The notes under the pieces: model-generated | The model's input: only the letters and a program-made list of their open reading frames with translations | Database searches by the model: none | Told to the model about the DNA's origin: nothing | Translations under genes and position numbers: made by a program | Assembly: GCA_000934665.2 (NCBI GenBank) | Contig: JYFJ02002830.1 | Location: forward strand, 1-50,111 | Length of the DNA stretch: 50,111 nt | Source: Catajapyx aquilonaris | Lineage: Eukaryota | Direction of reading: 5' to 3' | In this document: positions 12,495 through 24,622 of the stretch, piece after piece | How the letters are laid out: each line of letters begins with the position of its first letter | Position numbering within the stretch: position 1 is the first letter of the stretch

Positions 12495-13629
12495 TCTTAT
12501 CTTCGTGGGAATTCATATCATTAAATAATAATCATCATCATCATATATTATACCATTAATTAATTTAGTAGGCTACAATCAATGATCAATGTCCGTCATG
12601 ATAAATAATATGGGTGTGACGGTTACACTCATCCTACCTCCCTGTCCGTCCGGGTACAGGGTACAGAGATGACGCCGCCACAGTAATCATCCTCCTTCCT
12701 TGTCCTTCAGGGTATTGGGGAATGTGAGATGATTCCTCCACATGAAATCCCAACTCCTCTGTAGACAAACTATGTACATAGGCCACTCGGGCCAAAAAAC
12801 CAAAAAGAAAACTACAACAACAAACAAATGGAATACCCCCCACCGAATACAATTATCCCCATAAGCCAATCGGGCCAAAAACACAAGACAAATATGTGGG
12901 CGTTAGGGCCCTACCGGGGAAACGCGAAGGAATCCCAGGTCTCACCTCATACAGGCACCCACCTCGAGGATGTACATAGTGGACAAGAGAAATACCAGTC
13001 TTTCATCACGAGAAGCTCCAAACAACGCAAAAGAAGGAAACTTATGAACTAACTTTGTACTCAAAAACGCTTGATTTGTGCAGGTCGAGTCAGGGAAAAG
13101 GATAAGGTGCGACGTTGCCAAGTTTTTTCGTGGCTCAGTATTTGGCTACCTAATATGTGTCTTCAAATTAGTTACAAATAAGAGTTCTTGTGCGTTTTCG
13201 ATTGTGTCCGTTGACATGAGGAATAAACAGCTACTAAGCAACACTTGGGAGTGGAGACAGTAGTTCTCGCATCCCATGGGAATGGTTATAATATAATATG
13301 TTTAGAAACCGAATAAACAATACATGAGGTGTTATTTAAAAAAAATACCTCTGGATGCGTACATTACAAGAACCTGGGTGAACTTTGTGAGCAAGATTTT
13401 TGTGACAAATGTTGCAGATGCACAAAGCTAATGCCCTACATACAAAGCATTAAGGCATTGTGATATGCTGTAATTGCTAACTAATCGCGTAGAAGAAAAT
13501 ATTTTACATTAATCCGGTCTAGTGTGCGTAATGCACAGTGTTTTATGTAAATCCAATATTTTATTGTTGCAGATACAACGTGTGTTGTGGTTGAAATGGT
13601 TACGTGTACAAATTCAAGTTAATTTTTGC

Positions 13630-13980
13630 TGAGTTTGGGTTGATGATGCGTGGACCAAGCATGAATCTGCAAGGTTGAGTTGGGGAAGCCGCCTCATGGT
13701 CGCGTGGTGGTCCTCCTGTGCTTCGATACCATTCTCCTGGAACCATCATCATTCAAGACAAGTACATTGTAGCACACCTAGTCTAAGGTTCTACGTCACT
13801 TGACCTCGGGAGAATGTGAGCTTGCACACGGTAGACACGTTATAGAGAGAACTGTAGTATTCCTCGGCCTCGAGACGCGCCAATGCTGTGCAGATTGGAT
13901 CAGGAAGGTTTTCAAGTGAGATTGAATGTCGCCTTATTAGGTCAAATTCAGAATTGAGGACACCAAAGATCAATCAAACT
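13630..13980 (-). pseudogene. Possible Mononegavirales-like L protein fragment (GGxN...DP region after the RdRp core)
   Basis: IFGVLNSEFDLIRRHSISLENLPDPICTALARLE resembles the L-protein pattern GGxN...RN(I/F)(G/P)DPVTxxLAxL. Confidence 0.4.
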
Positions 13981-14234
13981 CTCTTTAATTTTAGTCAAAG
14001 AACATTTAAACTTACTTTTGTACATAATACGTCAAGAATGCCTTTTCTCTAAATCTGAGCGTCATTCTTTGGTTAGAATATTGGGTTTCCTCACTTCATA
14101 AGAAGTGAAAAATACTGATCGTTAACACTTGGTGTTTTCTTCGGCAACCACTATTACTTCTTGCTTTGTACAGTACAAGTGCACATACTTGAGATTAGCT
14201 TGGAATTTACAGTCCATCATAGATTATCATGTGT

Positions 14235-14440
14235 GTAAACTGCAAGGGCTACTTATAAATGCTGATATTTGTAGCAAAACCCGAGTAATTTGAGTACAAT
14301 ATTGTAATTATTGATCTTAAAGGATGGGGGGTGAGGTCATGTAAAGTCACAATAATCGAGCATTATGCCCCTTTTGGCTGCTTTATGATTGTGTTCCACC
14401 TTCCACTTTTGGCAAGTGACATTGGCGTTGTCTTCTTCGA
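14235..14440 (-). pseudogene. Decayed coding fragment, family G (homolog 16070-16270)
   Basis: PMSLAKSGRWNTIIKQPKG vs PMSLAQTGGLDTxIIKQTTG. Both share the flanking gcaagggctacttataaatgctga. Confidence 0.6.
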
Positions 14441-16429
14441 TCATCTGTATCATCTAGTGGCGTCCTCAGGTGACGTTTCTTTCGCATTACGGATTCTCCT
14501 GTGGCTCAAATGCGTTGAAATGGGTGTAGTAAGGTTTGTTCGTGCCTCCCCGAAATGTGATATGCCCATCTATCAATCAAACAGATTGTATATTGATGGC
14601 GAGTATATGGCATGAATTATTGCGAAGGTTAGCCACAAGTCCAATAAATGCAATCGGTAGTTGTTATTGCGTAGAAGAGGCTTGTAATGGGCCGTTGTAC
14701 TATAATGTGACTCATAACAGGAATATTTTGTAATACGATCTGACTCCCCAGCATTTATCTTGAGGTGAAACGTATATGTATTGCTGGAACTCTGCCAGTC
14801 TAAATATTACTTTGCCTAAGTCCAGTTCCGATTTTCATCACATGGTTTATATTATCTTGTCGTAGACACATGCAGTTTAATTCAAAGCAGTCTTATTTCG
14901 TCAAGATCTCGAGCCAGAAAGTCGGGAGTGCGGACATAATTTCCACCGACCCCTCTCCTGCCAATTTCCCTAACAATTAATGCCGTTAAAATTTAGATTG
15001 GTAACAGTACCACCTGACCACTTTGTTGGTGGCCGTCGGCTGAATCCTCATTGAAGCATGTTTCCTGGGGACGTATCCACTTGAATGACGTGAAAATGAC
15101 TTCCCTTCTCACGTATCCTTTTGCACTTGTGGTAGGAGGATATTAAACAATGACTTTTACTTCACTTTTCGCATTCCGTGAGAAAAAGCGGGGCAGTATT
15201 TGCAACTTTTGTAAAGCATCAAGATGCCAGACATTTCCTTTTTAGTTAACGAAAATGTTCATATTCCAATGGGGTCAGTGGTCTTCCTTATACCAGTGCC
15301 TTACGATGAGAAGGGCGAGGAATAATATTACAATTAGTCTTTGCTGTCGGCGCACTCTTAGGAGAGCGTTGATGATTTTAGAGCAATAACTTCAGGATGT
15401 ACTGATTTGATTCCCACCAGTTGGTTGCCTCAACTGCATCTCCAGCTCTTCGAGTGAAAAAAAACAAAACTAGACTGGTTTGACTCCTTGACAATGGCTT
15501 TGTTTAATAATTGTGCGAGTACACTTGCCATGCTGTCATTGATATATTGCATTATGTATGCTATTCAAATGATTCACACGCAACTATTTCCTCCAAGTGA
15601 GTCTTGCAATATCTACATTTTATTATTGATGTGGTCGGCCACTTAATTCAAATAGGTAAATAGTGATTGCTCAATAGTAGATTCTTGGAAATATATTGAG
15701 TTTGTTTTTCTGAGATACGTTAATATAACTAAGAGGGTCATTGGTTCTTGTTAGTTGAACTGCCCTTTCTTCAGTGAAAGTGTTTTTAGCCAGCAGTGCA
15801 GCAACCAAAATAACTTATGGTACCCACCTGATATTTTTTTCCCCCTGTCTGAAAATATCAATTCCTATTGCCAGGGTAAAGTTGTATGGATCACGGGACT
15901 AAAGAAAAGCATTGTAATTGGAGATTGCATTTATTGAAGTCAATATTTTTCCTGGAATGAAGATTATGAACATGTAGGGGTCACAAAATGTTTTGAAATA
16001 AGACACTACATATCATAGATTAACATATGGGCCATTTTTATTAACCCCTCAGTTTGAGAGAAATGTGTGCAAACTGTTGCAAGGGCTACTTATAAATGCT
16101 GAGACTTGTAATGGTAGGGAAAGGTGTTTAATTTGAGTACAATATTGTAATAGTTGGCATGCTATGGTCGAGGTCAATTACAATAACCAGGTATTATGCC
16201 CTGTTGTCTGTTTTATGATTGTGTGTCCAAACCTCCAGTTTGGGCAAGTGACATTGGTTTTATCTTCACCATTTCTTGCCTTTGTTAGCCTGAGATTTTT
16301 CAGATGCTGCCCAGCGGAATGTACAGTTGTGGCCATGTTCAATCCGTATGACTGGTTCCCTTTCCGTCCACGTTGGCGTCTCTGCGCTTCTACCCTCTCT
16401 TTTACCTTCGTAGTTTGTCTGCAAGGAAG

Positions 16430-16860
16430 ATAAGATGTTTCCAGCCCATATCAGGCAACAAGGATGAATCTGTGATTAACCTGCAGTGTGTGATGGCTTG
16501 TGCTCGAGCTATCTTCTGATCCTTATACTCTTGGGCCCATGCGAGATCCAGATGCAGATGTCCATGTCCAGAGCAATTACAATAATATTGTAATAATTTT
16601 GAGTAACAAATTGATAAATAATTGGCTATGATCTTCATTCAACAATGCCAATATGTGAACCTTACGTTGGGTTCATTATGGCTTATCCCGACTCTTCATG
16701 GTCGGAAAAAGGCGCTGGGGGTGATTTTCCTTTCTTGCTGTCCTGTATGGCGGTACAGGAATTGTTAGGGGCCATCGGTCTAGCGTCCAACTCTCTGCAG
16801 GGCATAATGCTAGGTCAGGTGACTGGCTGAATAAACAGGAATTTCCTTGGTAAAGGAACC
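16430..16860 (-). pseudogene. Possible Mononegavirales-like L capping (PRNTase) domain fragment
   Basis: In order, with frameshifts: ESWTLDRWPLTIPVP (cf. SW...GxTVPxP), aac cca acg taa ggt tca cat (NP[Y]VGSH, cf. PYLGSxT), and QVNHRF (cf. HR motif). Confidence 0.4.
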
Positions 16861-19239
16861 GAGAAAAACACTATCCCTTGATGCAACCTGTTTCATTCAG
16901 ATTTCCTTCCGGATGAAGGATTTGTTTACTTCTATTACACTCAAAACATGTTTCTACACTACAGCAACCAATCGTTGGCTATACGAAGTTCATAGATATA
17001 TTGCACCTGTTCCTTATGCAGAAACCAGCAGTTTTTACATAAGCCACATACAGTAATAATGAAATGAAGTGGTAATGAAATATTCTGCTTTTGATGTCCA
17101 GTTGACTCCAAATGTGTCATAGGTGACTGGGACTACTTTTTCTGTGGGTTGTGCACGATGTTTCCTGACATGACGCCATTTTGTATCGCAGGTCTGGAAT
17201 TGTTTGTTAAATTGAGAGTCTTGAGGAGCAATGGAGCAATTCTGCGTCGTGTAGATGATATCCATCTTGCAACGTCGTGACTGATTTCTCATCCTTTCTG
17301 GATTATACATTTCCTCTTGAGCCAGTTATTCTCTATATGCTTCCAGTTTCTGATTATTGTGAGTGAGCCGAAGGTGCGACTCAAAATATTGTTCCCCACG
17401 AGCCAGAAAGTTTTTTTTGGGATAGGATTCAGACAAAAAGCTACACGAGCCTCTCCCGTAAAATTTTTGAATGGGTGTGGCTAACAATATATATTTACCA
17501 ATGTAAGGGACAAACTAACCAACCAGGGCCGGCGCATTATGCTATTGCAATTGATTACATTACACTTGGTTCAAGTGGATTTGGAGCCCTTTGGCTGTAC
17601 GTAAATAACAATTATTTCAGGAGTATGAAGCTAGATAATATTTTATACCATTTTAAATCAAGAGGCACTCCTCCAGGTTGAATCACTAATCAGGAGCATA
17701 CCTGTCACCCACTATAGTTAATAAGGATCCGTGTAAAGCAATTCAGTCTGCTGGGGATCATGCATTACAGTGCATTATGGTTCAGATTTAAAAGGAGATG
17801 GATCCTATTACATCCCATGTCTATGGGAATGTGTATAGGATATTTATGATTAGAATGATATTATATCAACTTATTAGTTCCACTTCAGGGGCCGGGGAGT
17901 CTGATTAGTGCAGTTTTGCCCCCCCAAAAATTGGTTTATTTGTGTTTTAAGATTTACCTGGCAATCCATATGTCTGAGCCATTATTATTTGCCTGATGTA
18001 ATACGCTATTATCTGTTCATATCTGATGGTGTATGCGCAGTCAGTCAGTATCTGCAATAAGAGGAAGGTGTAAGTCTAGAGTGGGATAGCTGTGGATGTC
18101 CGAATGTCGCGACGTTCTTTCGTTATTGTTATAAAACGTAATGATCCTCATATTCCATTGTGGAACGGGCTTAATTATGTGTAGCTTTCTCTACTTAGAA
18201 GCTTCTCTTCTTCCTCGTTGTTCATTCTTAAAATAATGTAACTAAAAGGCGTTTGGGACGCTACCGTTTTCCTTACTTGATCACTTCTCTTTCTGCATTT
18301 GATGGTCGTTCTTGTTCAAAAGACAGTCGTATAATTCAGGCAACACTTCACAGAGTGGGGCTCTTTTAAGTGCGACCAATGTGTCCCATAGTGCAAGTAA
18401 AGAAATGCGATAGAAGAGTGGATATATCCCAGAATCGCTCTTTTGCCATGCATCTCTGAGACGATTTCGGCTGAGGTTAGGATACATGAAGAGGTGCATT
18501 CATATCCTCAATCCACGGAAAGGACATTGAGATATTTCTAGTCTCTTGTGGTTGATGTACTGATGTGTACTAGTTGCAAGACTTAGTAAAGATCACGAGT
18601 AGCTGACTTCTTGTGAGTAAAGGGGGCAAGGGATACCCATTTTCCCAAACCATACCTCCCCTCATTGCAGAAGAAAGTATCCTTATAGCGGTATAGTATA
18701 AACGTCCTAGTCGTACCTATCCAGAGTTTGTGTCGTGTATCGCATCACAAGTAATCTGAGAATGCAATGGACATTGGTGACCAGAGCAGCTAAACCAATA
18801 TTGCTGTAGAGCTTCGAGTGGCGCTCGGTCACGTCTGGTCTGTGCGTTTTTTCTTCTTCGTGAGATTCGTCGATCTTTTTTTTCCACGAGATTATTGTTG
18901 TACTAGAAAATGGAGAACTGCTTGAAAAGTGATTTCAGTAACTACCTGTTTATTTGCCTTGGCGATCACTCCCCAGGGCTCGTACTGTTAATACACACAA
19001 CGTAAACGATAGCAGGTTACATGCGATATTGTCCGTGCGCACATAATAGATTTCAATGCAAGTTGGCGTCTGCACTGCTTGCACATGATGATCACTGGCT
19101 GTCATGAATAGTTCGCTTCGTTTTAAATGCGCTTTCCACCACCACTTTATGCTTAAATCTTTAATGGTTTAAAAGGTGGAAGTATTATGTGGCATATTTG
19201 TGCAAACAAGGTTGTTCTAATGCCTTTAATTTATGCAGA

Positions 19240-19560
19240 TATCGCAGGCAGTTCTTCAAGAGCTTGCTGAGGAAGTATTTTCAAGTGGTAATGGGTCCAT
19301 GTTTATGAGTCTGCAGCATCATTTAGGCATTATCAGACGGAAGTGCCACCAGTTCCGGTACACGTTTATGACCGTGACAATAAATTACTGCCACACTAGA
19401 TTGCTGGCCTTTATGAAGTTTGGTGTAATATATTACATGGCTTCTCCTGCAACGTCTGTCATCATTGACCTAAATCCAGATCTCCAGATGCTACTCCATC
19501 TTGGATATTGAGTGTCCAAATATTTGCAGCCTTCCACTTCTGTGATTCTTCTACACTTTT
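19240..19560 (-). mobile_element. Decayed non-LTR retrotransposon (RTE-like) RT C-terminal fragment
   Basis: ITEVEGCKYL (cf. EVxxFKYLG), then QDG..GDLD and RPAI*CGS (cf. IRPAMLYGSE). Confidence 0.55.
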
Positions 19561-19575
19561 CCTTCACCTAACAAG

Positions 19576-19890
19576 TTACTGGAGTGTCAATGAGGATCGC
19601 CTGCATCTGGAACCAGGCGGTAGGTGATTTTCAATTGGGTGTTTTTCTGTTGGGTGCTTTTGTTGGGCCACTTTGCTGCTTTTCTTCCGGGACCCTAGTG
19701 GAAATTTCTCTAATGCATCGATGGACAGGGTTAGACAGCTATCTATTCTGGTGTAGTCCTGACATTGCTGCTGCTGAAGTAAAATCCTCGTAAAATCCTT
19801 TCTCATACGCGAAGTAGTAGCTCCGCTGTCCACGACGAATACCGTCGACACATCCCCGCACTGAACCTTAATTGGATGTCGCTTCATTGT
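19576..19890 (-). mobile_element. Ty3/Gypsy-type aspartic protease fragment
   Basis: PIKVQCGDVSTVFVVDSGATTSRMRKDF contains the retropepsin DSGA active-site motif. Downstream sequence is decayed. Confidence 0.75.
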
Positions 19891-20235
19891 TTATTGTAGC
19901 ATGGTTTGTAGATAAATAATGTTGTGATTCCCGGCGCTACGTTTGTGCATGGTGTTCTCTAGATGTGCCATTAGATTAAACGAGGCGGAGTTCAGAACAG
20001 GTCCCTGAAGAACAAAACACGCAAGGTTTTCATGTAGTTAAATAGCCTGCGAGATGGTGATAAATACTTGAGCAGGAGCCCACTCAATACTGGAAGTGTT
20101 GACCTATGTGAGTTTCACAGCATGTAACGCCCTAAAATTACCATTGTTGGTAAACATAATTACCTAATGTCACATAATTATGGGCATTCTTCAGCCATTG
20201 CTATTTGCTTGGCCACATTCAAACCTATTGCAATA

Positions 20236-20705
20236 CACAGAGAAAAATTTACGAGTCAAATGACGAGTCGTCTTAGTCACATGACGATACAAATTTGACT
20301 AGCCTTGGCTAGTCAGCCCACTAGTCTTGACTAGTCACTTGACTAGTCGTTCCAGTCAGCCAACTAGCCTCTCCTCGTCACTCTACTAGCTACTTCTCGT
20401 CACTTGACTAGTCTTCCCTAGTCAGCCCACTGACCTCTCCTCGTCACTTGGCTAGTCTTCCCTAGTCAGCCCACTGACCTCTCCTCGTCACTTGGCTAGC
20501 CTTGGATAGTCAGCCCACTGGCCTGGAAGAATCACTTGACTAGTCGTTCCTAGTCAGGCAACTAGCATCTCCTCGTCAATCTACTACCTTGGAAGAATCA
20601 CTTGACTAGTCTTCACAGTCAACCTACTAGCCTTTCCTCGTCAATCTACTAGCCTGGAAGAATCACTTGACTAGCCCATCCTCTTCGCTCTACTAGTCTG
20701 AAAGA
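20236..20705. repeat. Degenerate 44-bp (2 x 22-bp) tandem array behind a CACTA/EnSpm-like terminus
   Basis: Unit cacttgactagtcttccctagtcagcccactgacctctcctcgt at 20401, 20445 and variants either side. Preceded by cacagagaaaaa (20236), typical of animal CMC/EnSpm ends. Confidence 0.75.
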
Positions 20706-20742
20706 TTCAGTAAGGGTCATTCCTATACCAGGTCCCTATACC

Positions 20743-21179
20743 AGGTGACCCGAATTCAGGTGGGTCACATTCGCCACATGGATGCAATATGTGGAGATAT
20801 GGGCCACATCCTATTAATAGACTCCCAAATATTTTTCATGGTATAATCGTTTCGTGATTACTTTTAATAAGCCTCACATTCAATAAACACTGATGCTAAT
20901 CTCTTACCATGTATTTTAATTAATCTACAAGAGCGCTATTATGTTGTTGCGATATTATTGGTCACTGGCTAACTATAGGGAGGAGAAGCAGCCAAGTTCT
21001 ATGCAATGGTAGCACTAGAGAAATACCAAAAAGTCAGCAGACCCGGCGTGTGACTTGATACCGATGCTGCAGCTTTCGGCTCGCATCATTTGCAGTGACA
21101 AAAATGAGTAATTCTGCATTGCTAGATATTTTGGTGTGTAATAGTATTTTAGCACAACTTGTCCACCCCTGTCTCCTAC
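20743..21179. repeat. Block F, copy 2
   Basis: Near-identical to 10545-10981. Confidence 0.95.
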
Positions 21180-22265
21180 GTGTTAATGTAATCTAAATGG
21201 TGTCAGAATAATTCGAGGCCAAATCGGGGGAAATTCTGGGTAACACATCCGTCTTCGCAACTACTATAATTATTGGGAAACGGATACAATATTTTTAGTA
21301 TGATAGTTCCCACGACCTACGTAGGTCTGGTGACAAGTGAGCCGACTCATTTAGAATATGCATGTATACCCTGTTGTTGCGTCGGCCACCTGAGATCACG
21401 AATTATCGCTTCAAGGCCTGCTCAGGGATTAGGTGGAAAATGGGTACGCAATGGGTATTATTTCCGGGGGACTAGGGTCACTCGCTGAATGAAATGACCG
21501 TATCACGTGAGTTTCCAAGCCCTGCTACGATAATTAATGTGGAGTCACCAATTGCGATAACAATAATCCTGAAGGGAACCTGATCTTATATCGAAACTTA
21601 TTCGTGAATGGTTTTAATGTGTCCAGTTGAGTCATTGTTGGCCTTCCAACTTTGTGATCGGAATTCATTTTATGATTCGTGTGAGGTAAAATGCTATAGT
21701 GGCAAGGTGGAAAGTTGGCCCATTGGATTGGTGGGTGGGCGGCAGGGAAGGCTGCTTTTCCCCATTCCACTCGTATAGCCGTATCTCACTTGGCCTTCTC
21801 TCCCTCATTATTAGACCTGACTCCACATCCGGCCTTGGATAGCTCCTGACAAGTCTTGTATATTCCGGTGCTCTCATCAGCGCTACATGAAGGTACGTAA
21901 TTGTCGCACACCAGTTCAGGTGGGTATTTATTTTCCATGTAGTCCTGCACTCTTATCGCAGCCTCTGTTTCTCTCCAAAGGCACAATGGCGTTTGGTTCG
22001 GCTGAAACAACGAGTACCAGACAACGCGGAATCTCCCTCTCGTCTGGTGTGCACCATACGCAGTCAGTCCAGCCTACGCTTCATGCAAGGTATGTGTCAG
22101 ATGATGATCTCAGATGAGGGCGACAAGTTTTTGCCATGTGTTTGACAACATTTCTGCAGGTCACACTGTTTCCGACTTGTGCTGCCTCTTGTTCTTCGCC
22201 AAATGAATGGAAGACGGAGTCAGTTAGTCCACCTATGAGCGTGACAATCATCTGACGTTATCGCT

Positions 22266-22351
22266 ATGTTTTTTTTTTTAATTGTTTTTATTACCCCTTG
22301 ATAGCTTTTCGGGGGACATTCCCCCCAGCATCAGATTTACATACATTTAAA
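22266..22351 (-). mobile_element. Very short 3' end of a poly(A) retroelement
   Basis: Poly-T plus tttatt (AATAAA on minus) sits between gctat and tttatctg, which are adjacent in the paralog at ~273-285. Confidence 0.55.
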
Positions 22352-24622
22352 TTTATCTGAAATAATTCCAGAGCATCGACTGCTTGCTTAGATTCTATGC
22401 AATTACACCACACATGATGAGTATGAATTGAAAACCTGTGTCTGTATTGTCGGTTCATATGTTTCTATATGCCCGCTACAATACTTTTACATGATTAGTG
22501 AGTGCCTTAACTGCTGCTGGGGCACAACCTCTGCAAAATTTCATCGAGTCAGACGTACCCAACAGCAGTTATGAGTAATAATTATGCAGATTCTACCATC
22601 TTATCCGAGGTGGCGCTAGTTGTGATTTTGGCTTCGTGCTTGGTGGATCACCAGGTGAAGCATCTCTTACCTTAAATCAGCCAGAGTAATTGTGGCTCTT
22701 GCCCATGTTGACGTGTGTCTGCAAAATTTATGTCGGTGTGTTTATAAGCATCTAGTCCCATTTGGTGTATGTATGATAAGCAGTAGGAAAAATCTTCCTG
22801 ATGTTGGATTCTACTGGAACGCTTGCACACCATCAAATATACGTCCATGTCGCATGTTTATACGGAGGTGGTTGCTCAAGTGCATGCCGTGGTTGTGTAG
22901 GACACTTGTGCGTTGTCCTGCTTCCTAAGAGCTGTTATTGTCACACTATTTCTCTGATGCTTGTTGTTGGGAGGTAGAGCTAGCTAGGATGTCTGGTCCA
23001 GCGTCAGCTTCTTTCTATCTCATGTCCCATTTTTACTGACATTCGTGTGTGCTCGCAAGACATATACGTATTTTACCTTGCAAACGATTGTTGTACTTTA
23101 AGCAATGGTCGGAACAATTTCATTCTGTGCTCACACTATTCATCTCATCAGAGGAACAATCAATGGAATATTGAGAGAGTGAAATTCATTCTAGTCTCAA
23201 TGTTCTCTATTCCATAAACTCTATGCATGGCAGTATAGTCGTCGGTTCATCATCGTCTGACTGTGTGCTGGAGTTTCATTGTAGGATATTTTCTTACTGT
23301 TCACGAGCATTAACGAGATGCGGGTTACACTTGATGTTGTGAAGGTGCATGATGTTCATAGGCAGTATTTACAATGCTTCTGCATACATTGTGGCACAGT
23401 ATTTGTCCATTTACATTTGGTAGAAAATATGCCGTTCGTGCATAAACAAGTACAACAATATCCTGATTTTGATAATACTGTATCGATGAGGATTTTTTCC
23501 AGTAAAGTAGTTCCTATTGTGCACTCATAATAATTATATCGCTTCATATGATTATGCATACTCGCTTCAAATTTTGCATGATTAGTGAGTGCCTTAACTG
23601 GACGGTGCTCTGCAAAATTTGATTGAATTAGACACATACCCTACCGCAGCTATAATAATAATAATAATGTTTATTCCCTTGTATACACCAACTGGTGTTT
23701 TAAGGGGGACTCTCTCATGTACATTCTACATTACAATATCACAAAATTTCGGTCCCTTTCCAAATATTAAATCAAACTGTCTTGTAAATTCGGGTCCGAG
23801 TCCACCTTCTGCTTAGGGATGACCCCAGTGTTCCCGTCGTTTGTGCCTGGCCCTTCCTCCTCTGGATTCCATGTCACTCGTGCATGTAACAAATGCAATG
23901 GCTTCACTTGACACGCACAGAGCACCACGAGCGCTAAACCGCGACTATTCTACTCTGACCGAAACTCTATCGCAGCTATAGGCTATAGGTAGCGTAATAT
24001 GCAGATTCTATGCCGTCTAATCCGAGGCGGCGCTATAGAGACACCATATGTAAATCCTGCAACAGGTACAATTTGTTAATAATTCTGTTGTATATATCGT
24101 AGTATTAAAACGCAACTGTGGCTGTTTCAGATGCTAAATCTTTTTGGATCGTTGTGATTTTGGCTTCATGCTTGGTAGATCTCTAGGTGAAACTTAAAAC
24201 TGCCAGGGTTATTGTGGCTCCTTCACATGATGATGTCTGTCTGCATATGTCAGTTCGATGGCCTCTTTGTGTCATTTCTTCAGTTTATTTGACAGCGTAA
24301 CCCACCTCAGTCACTTCTCTTCCCACTGGGAGGTTCTCAGTATTTCTTTTCTTCTGCGTTAACAACCTGAATACATGGAACACACGTCTTCATTTACGAG
24401 TCATTTTTTTGCCAAAGGATATGCATTATAATAAGGATGTTGAAGAAAGCAATAACTTCGCACTGCCCGAGATTTGGCGCATTTCGGTGGTATTTATCAG
24501 CAGTGGGAATACTTGCAATGCTAGGACAGGTCCGTCTCTCTGTCTATATCTCTCCCTCCTTAGAAATCACAATCGCCGGGAAAGTGTACCAGAACAGGCG
24601 CAGGATTTTGTGAACGTTGACT
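22352..24622. repeat. Fused copies of block A (22352-23336) and block B (23340-24622)
   Basis: Colinear matches to 278-1430 and 5408-6410, joined directly without the ~4 kb that separates them in copy 1. Confidence 0.95.
23655..23970 (-). mobile_element. 5'-truncated non-LTR retrotransposon insertion with 10-bp TSD
   Basis: TSD cgcagctata at 23645-23654 and 23971-23980. AATAAA and an (ATT)n tail are on the minus strand. The paralog at ~5710 is the empty site. Confidence 0.9.

Noticed and set aside
12630..13050. LINE (Tx1-like) 3' end explaining a locally A-rich plus strand
   Set aside because: Plausible from composition, but no diagnostic motif, tail or TSD was found.
14335..14380. GIMLDYCDF as toti RdRp motif A
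   Set aside because: The paralog at 16170-16260 does not conserve it and favours the PMSLA...TIIKQ frame.
15500..16050. Further L-protein fragment (FCDPY...NDPLSY)
   Set aside because: Motif spacing is roughly double that expected, so left unassigned.
20270..20705. CRISPR array
   Set aside because: Units are contiguous degenerate repeats with no unique spacers and no cas genes, in a eukaryotic TE context.
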